Notes under the pieces: model-generated
What the model saw: only the letters and a program-made list of their open reading frames with translations
The model's database searches: none
What the model was told of the DNA's origin: nothing
Position numbers and translations under genes: made by a program
In this document: piece by piece, positions 36,452 through 48,432 of the stretch
How the letters are laid out: every line of letters begins with the position of its first letter
Numbering within the stretch: the stretch's first letter is position 1
Origin: Squalus acanthias
Lineage: Eukaryota
Assembly: GCA_030390025.1 (NCBI GenBank)
Contig: CM059432.1
Coordinates: forward strand, 119,848,001 to 119,912,000
Length of the DNA: 64,000 bases
Reading direction: 5' to 3'

Positions 36452-37660
36452 TAGAACCATCGAATCTTACAGCACAGAAGGAGGCCATTCGGCTCATCGT
36501 TACTGTATCGGCTCTTTGAAAGAGCTGTCTAATTTAATCCCATACCTCAGCTTTTTCCCCATAACGCTGCAAATTAGTCCTCTTCAAGTACATGTCCAAT
36601 TGCCTTTTGAAAGTTCCTAAGGAATCGGATTCCACCACTCTTTCAAGTAGTGCATTCCAGACCTTAACAACAATTACAAAAATTCTCCTCATTTCCCCTC
36701 TGGTTCTTTTGGCAATTATTTTAAATCTATGACTTCCGGTTACTGACCCACTTACCCCTCATAATTTTGAATACCTCTATTAGGTCTCCCCTTAACCTTC
36801 GCTGCTCTAAGGAGAACAATCTCAGCATCTCCAGTCTCTCCACATAACTGAACTCCCTCATCCCTGGTATCATCCCGGTATAGCTCATCTCTACCCTCTC
36901 CAAGGCCTTGACATCCTTACTAAAGTGTGGTGCTCAGAATTGTACACAATACTCCAGCTGAGGCCTAATCAGTGATTTATAAAGGTTTAGCATGACTTCC
37001 TTGCTTTTGTATTCAATGCCCTTATTTACAAAGCCAAGAATCCTGTATACTTTCTTAACCGCTTTATCAACTTGCCCTGCCACCTTCATAGATTTGTGAA
37101 TATGCACCCCAGGTCCCTCTCATCTTGCACCCCCTCAAAATAGTACCATTTAGATTATACTGCCTCTCCATGTTGTTTCTCTCAAAATGCATCACTTTCC
37201 ACTTATCCGCATTAAATTGCATCTGCCATGTCTCTGCCCATTTCACTAGTCTGTCTATGTCCTCCTAAAGTCTGCTACAATCCTGCTCACTATTTACTAT
37301 GCTGCCAAGTTCTGTATCATCAGCAAAATGATACAAATAATCCATGTACCAAAATCCAGGTCATTTACATATAGCAAGAAAAGCAATGGTCCTAATACCT
37401 ACCCCTGGGGAATCCCATTACATAGTTTTCTCCAGTCAGAAAAACATACATTCACCACTATTCTCTGCCTCCTATCCCTTAGCCAATTACATACCCAGGT
37501 TACCACCATCCCTTTAATACCATGTGCTTCTAGTTTCTGAATAAGTCTGTTATGTGGTACTTTATCAAATGCCTTTTGAAAGTCCATATGTACAACAGCT
37601 ACTGCAGTACCTTCATCACCCCTCTCTGTTACTTCATCAAATAACTCTCTGTTACTTCAT
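36452..37660 (-). mobile_element. CR1 ORF2 3' fragment
   Basis: [33 protein letters not shown]1 3' UTR acagcacagaaggaggccattcgg. Confidence 0.9.
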
Positions 37661-38436
37661 GAAGAAATTTATTTCCAAGTTGTTCCCACGTCCCAGTGGC
37701 CAATCGGAGCCAGCAAATTGAACTTGGTCCCAAACACTTTACAACCAATTAGTTATTTTTCAAGTGCAATCACAACGCAGATAAACACAGCAGCCATTTT
37801 GCACAAAACAAAGTTCTACAAACAATTGGGTCGATTTTCAACTGCCACTCGCCCGTTTCTCGCATGAAAAACAGGTAACTGGAAGAGGAAAGTAGGGTGG
37901 GCATCTTGGATACCCCTTTGATGCCTAAGGCCTGCCTGATTCAATTTTCAGGCTGGCCTTTAACTGGGCCCCCAGCGCATCCAGCCCAAAACAGACGACA
38001 GGCCTTTTTGAATATGCAAATAAGGGCCCTAAACCAAGAAGGTGGCAAATCTATGCATTATTGTGCTTAAACCCTTAATATTCATAACCAGTGCCATGAA
38101 ACAATAGCCAAAGCAAATAAAAATATTAGGTTGCATTGCCAGGATAATTCAGTATAAAACAAGCACACCATTTTGTCCTTGTATAAGATTTTGGTTAAAC
38201 CTCACTTAGAGCACAATGTTCAGTTTTGTTCCCCTCACGTGGCAGGTGAGATTGAGGCTTTGGAAAAAGGTTCAGAGGAAGACCACTGGAATGATACCCG
38301 GCTTAAACTTCTTAGCGACCCAGATAGGCTTAAAAAGCCGGGTCTACTTACTTTAGAGAAGAGTAGACTCCTGGAGGAATCTGATAGAGCTGTGTAAAAT
38401 TGTGAAGGGACTAGATTGTGTTCATAAAAATAGATT

Positions 38437-39174
38437 TACCCGGAATTTGCGGTGGGTAGTAACAGCGAACGAACAACGTTCGGCGTTATTACCCCTTTGA
38501 AACTGACCGCAACTTCACGATGTAGCGCATGCACATCCTAACGAGGAAATCCTGAAGTTGCGGTCAGTCATTCACTGCTCCAACACTGGCTGCACTGTGG
38601 ACCCCACCACCCATAGCCGGCAAACAGTGAAACTGATGAAAACTTGGGCTTTTCCACAGTAATTACACTTTTAAATACCCCATTAAAAGTTAGGCCATTT
38701 TGGGTTAGATGTAACTCAGCTTTTAATAGTGCATTGACTGCGAAAGAAAGATTATGGCCCTGAAAAACTAATTTTAATTTTGTGGAGTGTCAAATTTATC
38801 CATGTTAATGAAAATTACAATTTTTAAGAAAATTTAGTTTGTTCATCTTTATTTCAGGTTTACCTTTTCCCCATGTGAGAGCCCCAATCTTTGTTTTGCT
38901 CTCTATAACATTTTTAAAAAGTTAGAATCAAAGAAGCTTATTGACTTCCTGGTTCCCGGTCTGTGAGAAGTCTGCATTGTGATTGGCTGCTTAAACATCT
39001 TATTGACATCACAGCAGCTCGCGTTAGGGATTCCCCGTTAACTTACGTTGATTTCAACTGCACGTCGGAAGAGCTGAACTTCCCGCCACAGGGATCGCTA
39101 GATTTTTGTGGGAAGCTTAATTCGGGGCCAGTGGCGAACGCCTCTTCTTCGTCACTGACCGCAAATTACAAGCC
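38437..39174. mobile_element. Harbinger-type MITE with AT-rich core
   Basis: Degenerate TIR (tacccggaatttgcggt / accgcaaattacaagcc) and 3-bp TSD ATT. Confidence 0.65.
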
Positions 39175-40465
39175 ATTATTTCAATCAGATCAATTAGGAA
39201 AGGACCAAGGGTCACACATTTAAGTTGTGTAAGGGTGGAGCTAGGAGAGATGTCATGAGTTTCATTTCCCAGAGGACAGCAGGCCAATGGAAGGAGCTGC
39301 TCTCTCATGTGGTGAGTGCAGGTTCACTGTTCCCCTTCAGAAGATAGCTGGGCAAGCTCCTGGCTGGGGTGGTGATCACAGCATAGAAAGGTAGGTGGAA
39401 TAGTAAAGCAATATAAACCATGGCCAATGGTTCTGGATGAGTTTTGATCGCCCAAGGGGGTTGGAGAGGAATTTTCTAGATTGATTTTCTCCCTTGGGGA
39501 TTTTATCTGCGTTTTTTGCCACTCCCAGAAGGTCACATGACTGCTGGTGGGTGGTCTGTGTTATAAATTATGCTTAAGGCATCATGGTTGTATGGGGCAG
39601 GCTCGATTGATGCAAGTACTAATGACACAGACTCCTGGATAGAGGGCCCAACTGCAGCATCCATAGACATTCCATAATGGACAGCAGAGTGGTGATGCCA
39701 TGTGCCAGAGCGCCGTATAAGCTGGAATTGGACTGCTCCATACATTAGATGTAGTGCGGCAGCAATTATGCAGGCTCTCCAATGCCTTGAGCAGTTGCTG
39801 GTGCACATGAAGGACCTTGTGGTTGAATACTGGGCCACTGAAGCCTGCGCCCCTATCTTCTTCATCAGAGCTAGGACCTGAGATTGCCCTCCAGCCAGCC
39901 GCCTCCTGCTCTGTCCTTTCTACTATCAGCAGCTCCTGTTCACTAGGGCTTTGTGATTCACCCTGTGCAGACCCTTCTAACTCACTATCTATACCCGGGG
40001 CACCGATTTGTGTGCTGGTGCTTGGGAAAGGTGGAACAAGTGACAGTGCTGCGTGGCTTCTGCAGAAGGACTTGAGTCATGGGGTGGACCTGAAAAAGGG
40101 AAAGAGACAAGAGTCAGCATATTATGGGAATGTTACACAATGGATGAGTGGCAGCCCAATTCAGCACTGGGTTGCCACACACCTTGGGCTCGATTTTGCC
40201 ATTGGGGGCGGGCTGGGGCGTGTCAGGTGGTTTTCCTGTCAGGACCCCGACTCCGATGTGAAGTGGGAAAAAAGTGTGATTTTGCCCTAATTCAGCACTT
40301 GATTTCCAGCGTGTAGAAACCCCTGGCCCAATGAGTCTTTTCATACAGAAAGTCGCCTCCGATGACGTCATCAATGCTGCTGGATTTAAGGCCTGCAAGC
40401 AGCCTTGCTTCTTCTGGAGACTTTAAACTTTATGCCCATTGTTGTGATCGCTTCAGTCAGCAACT

Positions 40466-42400
40466 ATGTCCAGCAGTAGGCCAAAGTGTGCTCCAAGGTT
40501 CGATGAGGTCTCCCTCCAAGCTCTGGTGCAGGGAGCTAGATCAAATAAGGAGGTGCTCTTCCCTTCCTCAGGGAAGAAAAAGCCTCCCCAGCAGACTAAA
40601 GCTGTGTGGATGCAAGTGGCCCAGGAGGTCAACTCAATCTCTATGTGCTGCAGAACCTGGCTGCAGTGCAGGAAGAGGTTTCATGCCCTTCTCCGCACAG
40701 GAAAAGTGAGTATGACTTTCTCATCACCCTCAATCTGATCCCCATCACCTCTCCTCACCAGCACTCTGCTTTGCCTACCTCTTCCTCCACATCCCACTTG
40801 ACACTGACATCACTGCACCCTTACCCATTCCCTCTCTCTCAATGGTCACATTCACTTAAGTATTCGACCATGCAGCCCTCACACTCCCTATCACTGTGAT
40901 GCAATGACAACAACTTACAACACACGGGGAGGGCCCTTTGTCTCCTTCTAAGCATCTATGCTATGGATTCTCTGCACTCACTCCTTCATTCTCACTCAAA
41001 CTCCACTTGTGTCCCTCATTGCAGGAAAAGAGAGCCCACAATAAGAGGGAAAGAGCGAGGACAGGAGGAGGGCAACCGTCAGTAGCCCAGTTCACCACCT
41101 CAGAGGAGGCGGCCCTGGAAATCGCGGTGTCGAGGAAGATTCGCAAGTGGGGGATGGACTGACGGGCGCATCACAGCAAGCTGGTGATAGAATAGTTTGG
41201 CATCTCTCTCATTGACAGAGTCACTGATAATGCTTCTGATGCTCTAACAGATTGACTTATGATCATCTGCACAATTCAATGTGCATGCAACCTTTATCTC
41301 ACATCTCTAACTCTTTACTTTACTCCCTCACAGGACCATTGACAGCCCCCGTCCCCACTGTCCAGCAGGAACAGCCTGAGCTTCAAGTCTCCTCAGAGGA
41401 AGCAGCAACCTCTGAGGGCGTAGCGTCAGCAGAATTCAGCGCACCCAGCACCAGCGCAAACACTCACACCTCAGTGGGACCTTCGCGCGATAGAGTAGTG
41501 TTGTCATCTGGTGTATCACAGCTCACAAGTGAGCATCAGCAGTGGTGGAGACAGGGACAGCAGTGGAGAGTCCTCGTCGGAGGGCGCAGGACTCTGCCAG
41601 CTCAGCTCAGCTGCATGTCGACCCTGTGCCTCCGGGTCCATCTAGAAGGAGAGCGGTGCTGAAACTCCAGGAACAGGTGCAGGAGTCTCTGGCAGGTTTT
41701 GTCTCCAGGGTCGCTGTGAGTGTGGAGCGAATGGAGGAGTCCATCGTGAACATGAGCAGAGCCTTTGTGGAGGCATTGGCGCATGAACACATCACCACGG
41801 AAAGGATGGCAACCTCCGTGGAAAGGATGGCTACGGTAGAGGAGAGGATGGCTGCGGCCATGGAGGAGCTAAGTCGCCAGAGTGTTGAAAACATGGTCAT
41901 TGTTCAGAATAGACTGGCATCTCTTTAGGAGCGATGGTCAGCTATTGAGCATAGAAACCAGACCTTCATGGAAGTCCTCTGGAGTAGGACTTCCAGTGCA
42001 GAAATGGATCCTCATGGCCCCCCTGAAGTGCAGCAAGGTGCTGTCAAGCCACTTGCTAGCTCTGAAGTGGGGCTGACCCATGAGAGGGATGCTGGTGGCA
42101 GACAACAAGGAAGCGGGGGCTCCTCTACAAGCGCTCACACGACCATGCCACTGCAAAGCCCTCGGTCAGAGCCCCACCAGAGTCCTCACCCAACTGAGAT
42201 GGGCGTCTCATCCCCGTGCACAGCCGCAGGAGCAGCAGACTGTTGCCGAGCCCTCACAGGTTCGCAACCCCAGAGGACGGCTGCCAAAGGTGTCGAGACA
42301 GGAGCAGTAAGAAAGTGAGCAAGGGGCCTCCACATCTGCTGAAGCTACCGGGGAAGCACCACGTAGGAGCACGCGTAAGAGGAAGATAATGCACAAGTAG
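40466..42400 (+). pseudogene. Spliced 3-exon Myb/SANT-like protein gene (frameshifted)
   Basis: Exon 1 40466-40705 (240 nt, APRFDEVSLQALV..W..VAQEVN..RTWLQCRKRF). Exon 2 41025-41183 (159 nt, one shorter than the 160-nt exon of the copy at 5.3 kb, hence a frameshift). Exon 3 from 41334 with ERMA-repeat coiled coil and a C-terminal PRRSTRKRK basic motif; stop at 42398-42400. Confidence 0.88.
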
Positions 42401-42658
42401 TCACAAGGGTAGTCACGTGGGTGTTATGTTGTGTTTATTTCTAAAATGCCATCAGTTGCTTGTGTTGTAAAAAAATTCAGATGGCAAACTGTTGAAGTTG
42501 TGGCCTGTATCATTTTGCACATGGGACTTCCACATTGAGGGCTCAGAGCGACTTGCAATTTTCAGTATGGTGGTCAGAGTGATAGGAATCCGTAAGTTCT
42601 TGTCCATTGTCGATGCTCTAGTAAGAAGGTGCGAGGCAAAAGTGTTTGATTGTGCAGG

Positions 42659-42840
42659 CTAAGCAAATCTGGCCAACATGAGTGTGTCCCTTGCATCCTG
42701 GGCAGCAATGTGGTCGCGCGCTGGCGCCTTCTGGCCTGTGCAGTTTCAGGTGGGTGAGCAGCAGCTTGGCGCTCCTGTTGTTGCTGCTGGTCTTCGTCCG
42801 AATCTGATGTCCAGGAGGAAAGGAAATTAATGTTTCCCAT
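42659..42840 (-). pseudogene. Putative Harbinger transposase remnant (N- and C-terminal tips only, catalytic core absent)
   Basis: MGN..SDSDEDQQQQQ directly joined (with a frameshift) to DHIAAQDARDTLMLARFA*. Convergent to the Myb gene, inside the TIRs. Homologous remnants at about 3480-3660 and 47730-47900. Identity as transposase is inferred. Confidence 0.5.
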
Positions 42841-44454
42841 GCTTCTGGTATATGCCTCAGTTGAGGAAGTGCTCAGACAAGGTGGGGAGAGGGGTTTCCC
42901 AGGAGGTCACACTGGAGATGGGTGTCAGGCTCCAAACTTCCACAACAATGAGTATGCCTGCTAAAAGTTCCCCAGACCTGAGACAACAAAGTTCTACCAC
43001 CTGCAAATAATCATCGGTGAAAACTCCTTTTTAATGGTGGAGCTGCAGCTGTTAGGAAGTAATCCACTTGTGAGGCCGCCAGGATTAACTGGCGTGTTAC
43101 AGAGGAGACGTGCAGGATGGGGGAAAAGTGTTAGAATCAGAAAGGCCTCTCAAAATGGGATTATAGAGGCAATTAACTGGTTGTTAAGGGACTTAAGGGC
43201 TTATCCCACCTCTTGGAGGCGGGATGGAAATGGGGTCTGAAACCCCGATTCTGGGAAAATTGTTCAGAGGCGAGCTGGAGGCAGGATCGGAGCCGCCCGC
43301 CATTTTTTGCAATTTTAACACCTCACACAGCTCCAATTCCGCCTCCTCGGTCCTGGCAAAATCAAGCCCCTTATATGTGTGATTGCTTGAGGAAGGAGAA
43401 AATCTAAGAAAAATCACCAGACAGGCACTTGGCCTCCAGCCTTGCTATTTCCAATGCTTCTTGTGCAGCCTTGGCACTTATTTTCAAGGCTTCCTCCTCC
43501 ATCTGACTGATGGCTTGTATGAAGTCTGGCCCTCTCCCAGTTTAGGTCCTCTTCGGTTCTTGTGTGTTAGTGTGCGGTTCTACTAAGGGTTGTGTGAATG
43601 TATGAGGCAACTTTAGATAGTGTGCATGCTGAGAGAGAGAAGCAGCAAGATGTGAACAAGACAGCGAGGTGGCTCCAGTGTGAAATGTGAAAGCAGAATA
43701 GTGAATTGCTTTGCAGTTCTTATCAGGTAGAAACAGAATGCTGTTTGTGCCTGTTCTGATGACAGCAGCTGCAGGTGAGTCTGTGATTAACATGAGAAGC
43801 AGCGTTGGTGCAATGCCCCCATTGCGATTGGATGAGTACCATGTGGAGCTGGGGAAGGAAGTGTTTGAGTGCTGGTGGAGAAGTGGGGAAGTGATGCGGT
43901 AAGCTCTCATCCTGAGAAAAAGAGATAGCAAGACATCATTCTCACCTTTGCTGTTTGGGTAAGGTCATTGAACTTTTTCTGGCACTGCACCCATGTCCCA
44001 TGGATGAGGCTTCTGCTATTCACATTTCTGCCACCTTCTTCCAGGATTGCTGCAGCATCTGCCTGGGCAGCCTTCTGCCATCTGAGGGGACAAGGACTTA
44101 TCTCTAGCCCTTCGCCTGCTCCACCAGGAGCGCCACTGCTGCCTCACTAAATCTGGGAGCCCTGGCAGGGGACATCTCTGACACAAAGTTGCGAAATTGT
44201 GCCAAAGATTCAGTCCAAGTTAAAGAAAACCTTGCTTCAAGAGGTGCAAGCTCTCTTTAAATTGGTGTCAGGCCCGCCGGAAATCCTGCTCTCCAAAAGC
44301 AGCGAGCTGCCAATCAACACTTCAAATGCAGCTTGTCTATGAGATTTAAATGAGGTCTGAGCATCACATGGTTTGCTGGTGACATCAGGCAGGTTCACAC
44401 CGCCACCACCCACTCTATGTGCAACCTACCCCTTTATGCCCACCTAAGCAGCCG

Positions 44455-44868
44455 GGCAGTGCCTTGGTTCAACATCTCATCCAAACAACGGTGCCTCCAA
44501 TATTGCAGCAGTCCCTCAGTACTGCACTGAAGTATCAGCCCAGATCATGTGTTGAAATCATCTGGAGTGGGGTTTGTACCCAGAAGGGTAGTTTTTCAGC
44601 TCCGCCACCTGGACGTTAAGCACCACGTGGGTGGAGTGCAGAAAGGAAAATCTTGCGGGGAGAATCATAACCCACCTGATTTTCCTTCTATTGAAGTGAA
44701 TGGGGGAAATCTGCCGGGTTCTGTAAGAGGCATTCAAACCTCCCCACCAAATGTTCCTTTCAGCATCCACTCAAACTCTGCCTCACGGTCAGGCAGTGAA
44801 GACAAATATCCACTCCATAATCTTTGTTTCTGAGGCAACTGTGCTAACAACTCAGCCGAGCTGACACG
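44455..44868 (-). mobile_element. Degenerate DeuSINE 5' part with an internal insertion
   Basis: gcagcagtccctcagtactgcactgaag..ctggagtgggg matches the reverse complement of the 19168 SINE; head-like ..agccgagctgacac at about 44850-44868. Confidence 0.55.
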
Positions 44869-45671
44869 TGGACAAAAGCTAAGAAAGGTATTTTGAAATC
44901 TCTTTAAGGACAGGGGCTAGAAAGTTCAATTAGGTTTGTTTTGATAGAAAACAAATATAAAATTAAAATAAAAAGGGAAGCCAAGGGCAAGACAGGGTTA
45001 GCAAGAGTAAAGTGTGCAGTTTTTTTACTTTTATTTAACATGTTACTATATAATTTTGTAGTTGAGGAGTATTATTGCTACAGTAAAGGGGCTGCCTCGG
45101 GTACTGAAGTAGTTTATTACTGTAACAGTGGTGTTTCAGAGTCATGTCATGTGACCTGAAACTTAAAAATGGCCGACCTGGCAAGTCTGCAAATTCCTTG
45201 GGCTTGCAGCAGCCTGAGGGTTAATATATTGGTGTTTCTGTCTGGTTGTGAGATTCAAACCTTTCTAAATGTGCAACTCTTTGAATTACCTTGTGTAAGC
45301 AGTACTTTTATCTCTCCACATATTACAATTAATGTGTATTCTCATTATTATGTGACTAAACTGTTATGACTTGAATAGTGTCCCTTTAACCTAATACATA
45401 ACAATACAAACGTGTCTAATTTATGGCGACATTTCTGTTATAACATGAGTTCCACTCATTAACATGACTGCCAACCAATGTAAAATTAAATTTATTCATA
45501 GACTGTAAATCACATTTTAAGGACTTTCTGCTTGTTTCTACTCTGTGTTCATTACAATTCACATGGTAGGACATCCCCAATAACAAAAATGTACAATATG
45601 GTGCAGTCAGCAAGTACAGCATGCCATAGTTGTGGAACGAAATTCTACCATCTGAACCGCAAGGTTGGATT

Positions 45672-45990
45672 CACAGAATCACAGAATCCCCACAGTGCAG
45701 ATAGAGGCCATTTCAGGCCCATCGAGCCTGCACCGACACATATCCCACCCTATCCCCGTCACCCCACGTATTTAATCCCCCTAACACTAAAGGTCAATTT
45801 ATCATAGCCAAATCAACCTAACCTGCACATCTTTGGACTGTGGGAGGAAACCGGAGCACCCGGAGGAAACCCACGCAGACACAGGGAGAATGTGCAAACT
45901 CCACACAGACAGTCACACTGGGGCCGGATTCGAATCTGGGTCCCTGGCGCTGTGAGGCAACAGTGCTAACCACTATGCCACCGTGTTGCC
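45672..45990 (-). mobile_element. HE1-type V-SINE
   Basis: V-domain tttggactgtgggaggaaaccggagcacccggaggaaacccacgcagacacagggagaatgtgcaaactccacacagac, tRNA head GGCAACACGGTGGCATAGTGG on the minus strand, CR1-like tail (cacagaat)2. Confidence 0.9.
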
Positions 45991-46921
45991 GGATTGAGCT
46001 GTATTTAAAATGCAGCTTTAGCCCTTTGTGAAGTGGTGCAATATTACATAAGAAATAGGAGCAGAAGTAGGCCATATGGCCCCTCGAGCCTGCTCCGCCA
46101 TTCAATAACATCATGGCTGATCATCCACCTCCACTACATTTCTCACCCAATCTCCATATCCCTTGATTCCCCATGAGTCCTAAACCTATTGATCTCAGCC
46201 TTGAATATACATACTCAAAGAGTCAGCATCCACAGCCCTCTGGGGCAGAGAATTCCAAAGATTCACAACCCTCTGAGTGAAGAAGTTCCTCCTTGTCTCG
46301 GTCTTAAATGGCCTACCACTTATCCTGAGACTATGCCCCCTAGTTCTAGACTCTCCAGCCAGGGGAAACAACCTCTCAGGGTCTACCCTTTCAATCCCCT
46401 TCAGAATCTTGTATGTTTCAATGAGATCACCTCTCATTCTTCTAAACTCCAGAAGGTACAGGCCCATTCTACACAATCTCTCATCATAGGACAGCCCTCT
46501 CATCTCAGGAATCAATCTAGTGAACCTTCGTTGCACTGCCTCCAAGGCAAGTATATTCTTCCATAGATAAGGAGACCAAAACTGTGCACAGTACCCCAGA
46601 TGTGGTTTTACTAAGGCCCTGTACAATTGTAGCAAGACTTCCTTACTCTTATACTCCAACCCCCTTGCAATAAAGTCCAACATGCCGTTTGCCTTCCTTA
46701 TTGCTTGCTGTACCTGCATGCTAGCTTTCTGTGTTCCTTGCACGAGGACACCCAAATCTCTCTGAACACCAACCTTTAAATGTTTCTCACCATTTAAAAA
46801 ATATTCTGTTTTTCTATTCTTCCTACCAAAGTGAATAACCTCACACTTCCCTACATTATACTCCATCTGCCACCTTACTGCCCACTCACTTAGTCTATCT
46901 ATATCCCTTTGTAGACTCTTT

Positions 46922-48432
46922 GGCTGCAAATTTAATGGAGAAGGCGGGATGGTGGCGGGATAGCTGTTTTCCAGGTTCCGGTCCCGCTCCCAGCTGCAGC
47001 CGCTCTGTAAACGTGATTTTCCCTTGATTGTTAGCCCTGTGGGCTTCCCGGCCAATTAACAGGAAGCGGGTCTGATGACGTCATTTAATGACGCGTCATC
47101 AGCCGGTTTCCGTAAAGGGACCACGTCCACATGGAGTTTGACAGTTGTTCTGTCAGTGTTTGACAGCATTGCGGTGCTGCAAACAATGACAATCACTGCA
47201 CAAAGGTGAACGCTTTCACCCAGGCTCTCCAATGACTCCCTCCATATGCTTATGGAGGGAGTCACAGCACACAGGGAGGTTCTCTTCCCTTCCAAGGGTG
47301 GAAGAGACCTCCCCAGGACACCAACTTACCTTGCACCTCCACCCAACCCTCTCTATCTACTTTATCACTTCCCCATCTCACTAGCCACCCCTCACACTCA
47401 CCCTCATCCTACTGCAAGCATACCAACTAACAACACACAAGGGTAAGCACTTGAGAGGTTTAGCCAATGTCCATGTGAAGTTTCTAGTAATGTGTTGTCA
47501 TACTGTGAAATCTCTTTTACCAGAAGTGCCCTTATTGGACAGATCTGAGCACACCTTGTGAAGTGTCTTACTGAGTTCCAGTGATCGTTCAGTCATAACT
47601 TTCTCCCCCCCCCCCCTTGCTGATGAGCGTGCATGGAATGGCTTGGACATAAGAGGGATGCTTCACGATGCTGGTGTGGGACGGTGTCAACCTGGTGCAT
47701 CATGTGGCAGCCAGGGTTTACAGCGTCAAGTGAAGAAAATCTGGCTTCCCGGGCAGCAATGTTGTCAGGGGCTGATGCTCTGTCTCTAGTGCAGCATCAG
47801 GTGATGGTGGAGAAGGTTGGTGATGTTGTTGGTGATGTTGGTGTGCCTGGTGATGTTGGTGTTGGGGCTGATCGTGGAAGGATTCAGAGGACCAAGGTCT
47901 GATTGTTTCAATGGCTCCGATGTTGCTGCAATAGATGGCAGCTACAGGTGAGATGACAGAAGCGATTTGTCAATGGTGAGAGAGGTTCTCCCAATGAGGT
48001 GGCACTGGACATACTGTTGGATCTAAAAACTTGTAAGCTAAAGAAATCTCTATATGTATTAAAAATGCAGTAACCAACATTTTCTGCACTCTGAAACTCA
48101 CCATATGCAACATGGCATCCTTTACACCAGTTCTGCAGCTGTCAGCTTTTCACAAACATCAGTGCAGACTCAAAACACGCCAGGTTGAGCTGGCATGTTT
48201 CCCGAACAGCGGGTAACCCGTGGGGGAGAACGTAAAATTAGAAGTAAGCCTCAAAATAGTCTAAATTGGCTCTTAACAAGCCATTTAAGTATGTGAATTG
48301 TATCCCCCGCCAATTGGTGTCGGGTCAGTTCTCTACTGACCCGACACCTGGGAGACTCGCATGGAGGCAGGTTGACAGCGGGTTTCCTACCCTATCCAAA
48401 CCTGCCCCCTGAATGCTATTAAATTCCCGGCC
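46922..48432. mobile_element. Non-autonomous Harbinger-type element (1511 bp) nested in the CR1 RT
   Basis: TIR GGCTGCAAATTTAAT / ATTAAATTCCCGGCC, TSD TTT. The CR1 sequence rejoins (gtagactcttt|gtgttctcc). Contains a Myb exon-1 remnant (PRLSNDSLHMLMEGVTAHREVLFPS) and the minus-strand transposase-tip remnant. Confidence 0.85.

Larger units (their letters stand above)
40186..43369. mobile_element. Non-autonomous PIF/Harbinger element (3184 bp) carrying a Myb/SANT gene and a transposase remnant
   Basis: 16-bp TIR GGGCTCGATTTTGCCA / TGGCAAAATCAAGCCC (1 mismatch) and TSD CTT (40183-40185, 43370-43372). Confidence 0.9.
39650..44175 (-). pseudogene. Third spliced Myb/SANT gene of Harbinger origin, degenerate; intron 2 contains the element at 40186-43369
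   Basis: Exon 1 44175-43946 MSPARAPRFSEAAVALLVE..RRLPRQMLQQSWKKVAE..WVQCQKKFNDLTQTAK|GTGAG. Exon 2 at about 43585-43420. Exon 3 from 40089 after a tttttcag acceptor. Contains stops and frameshifts. Confidence 0.75.

Noticed and set aside
40466..42400. Functional host gene (MSANTD/NAIF1-like)
   Set aside because: It is enclosed by TIRs and a TSD and has several frameshifts and stops; related copies in the window are also broken.
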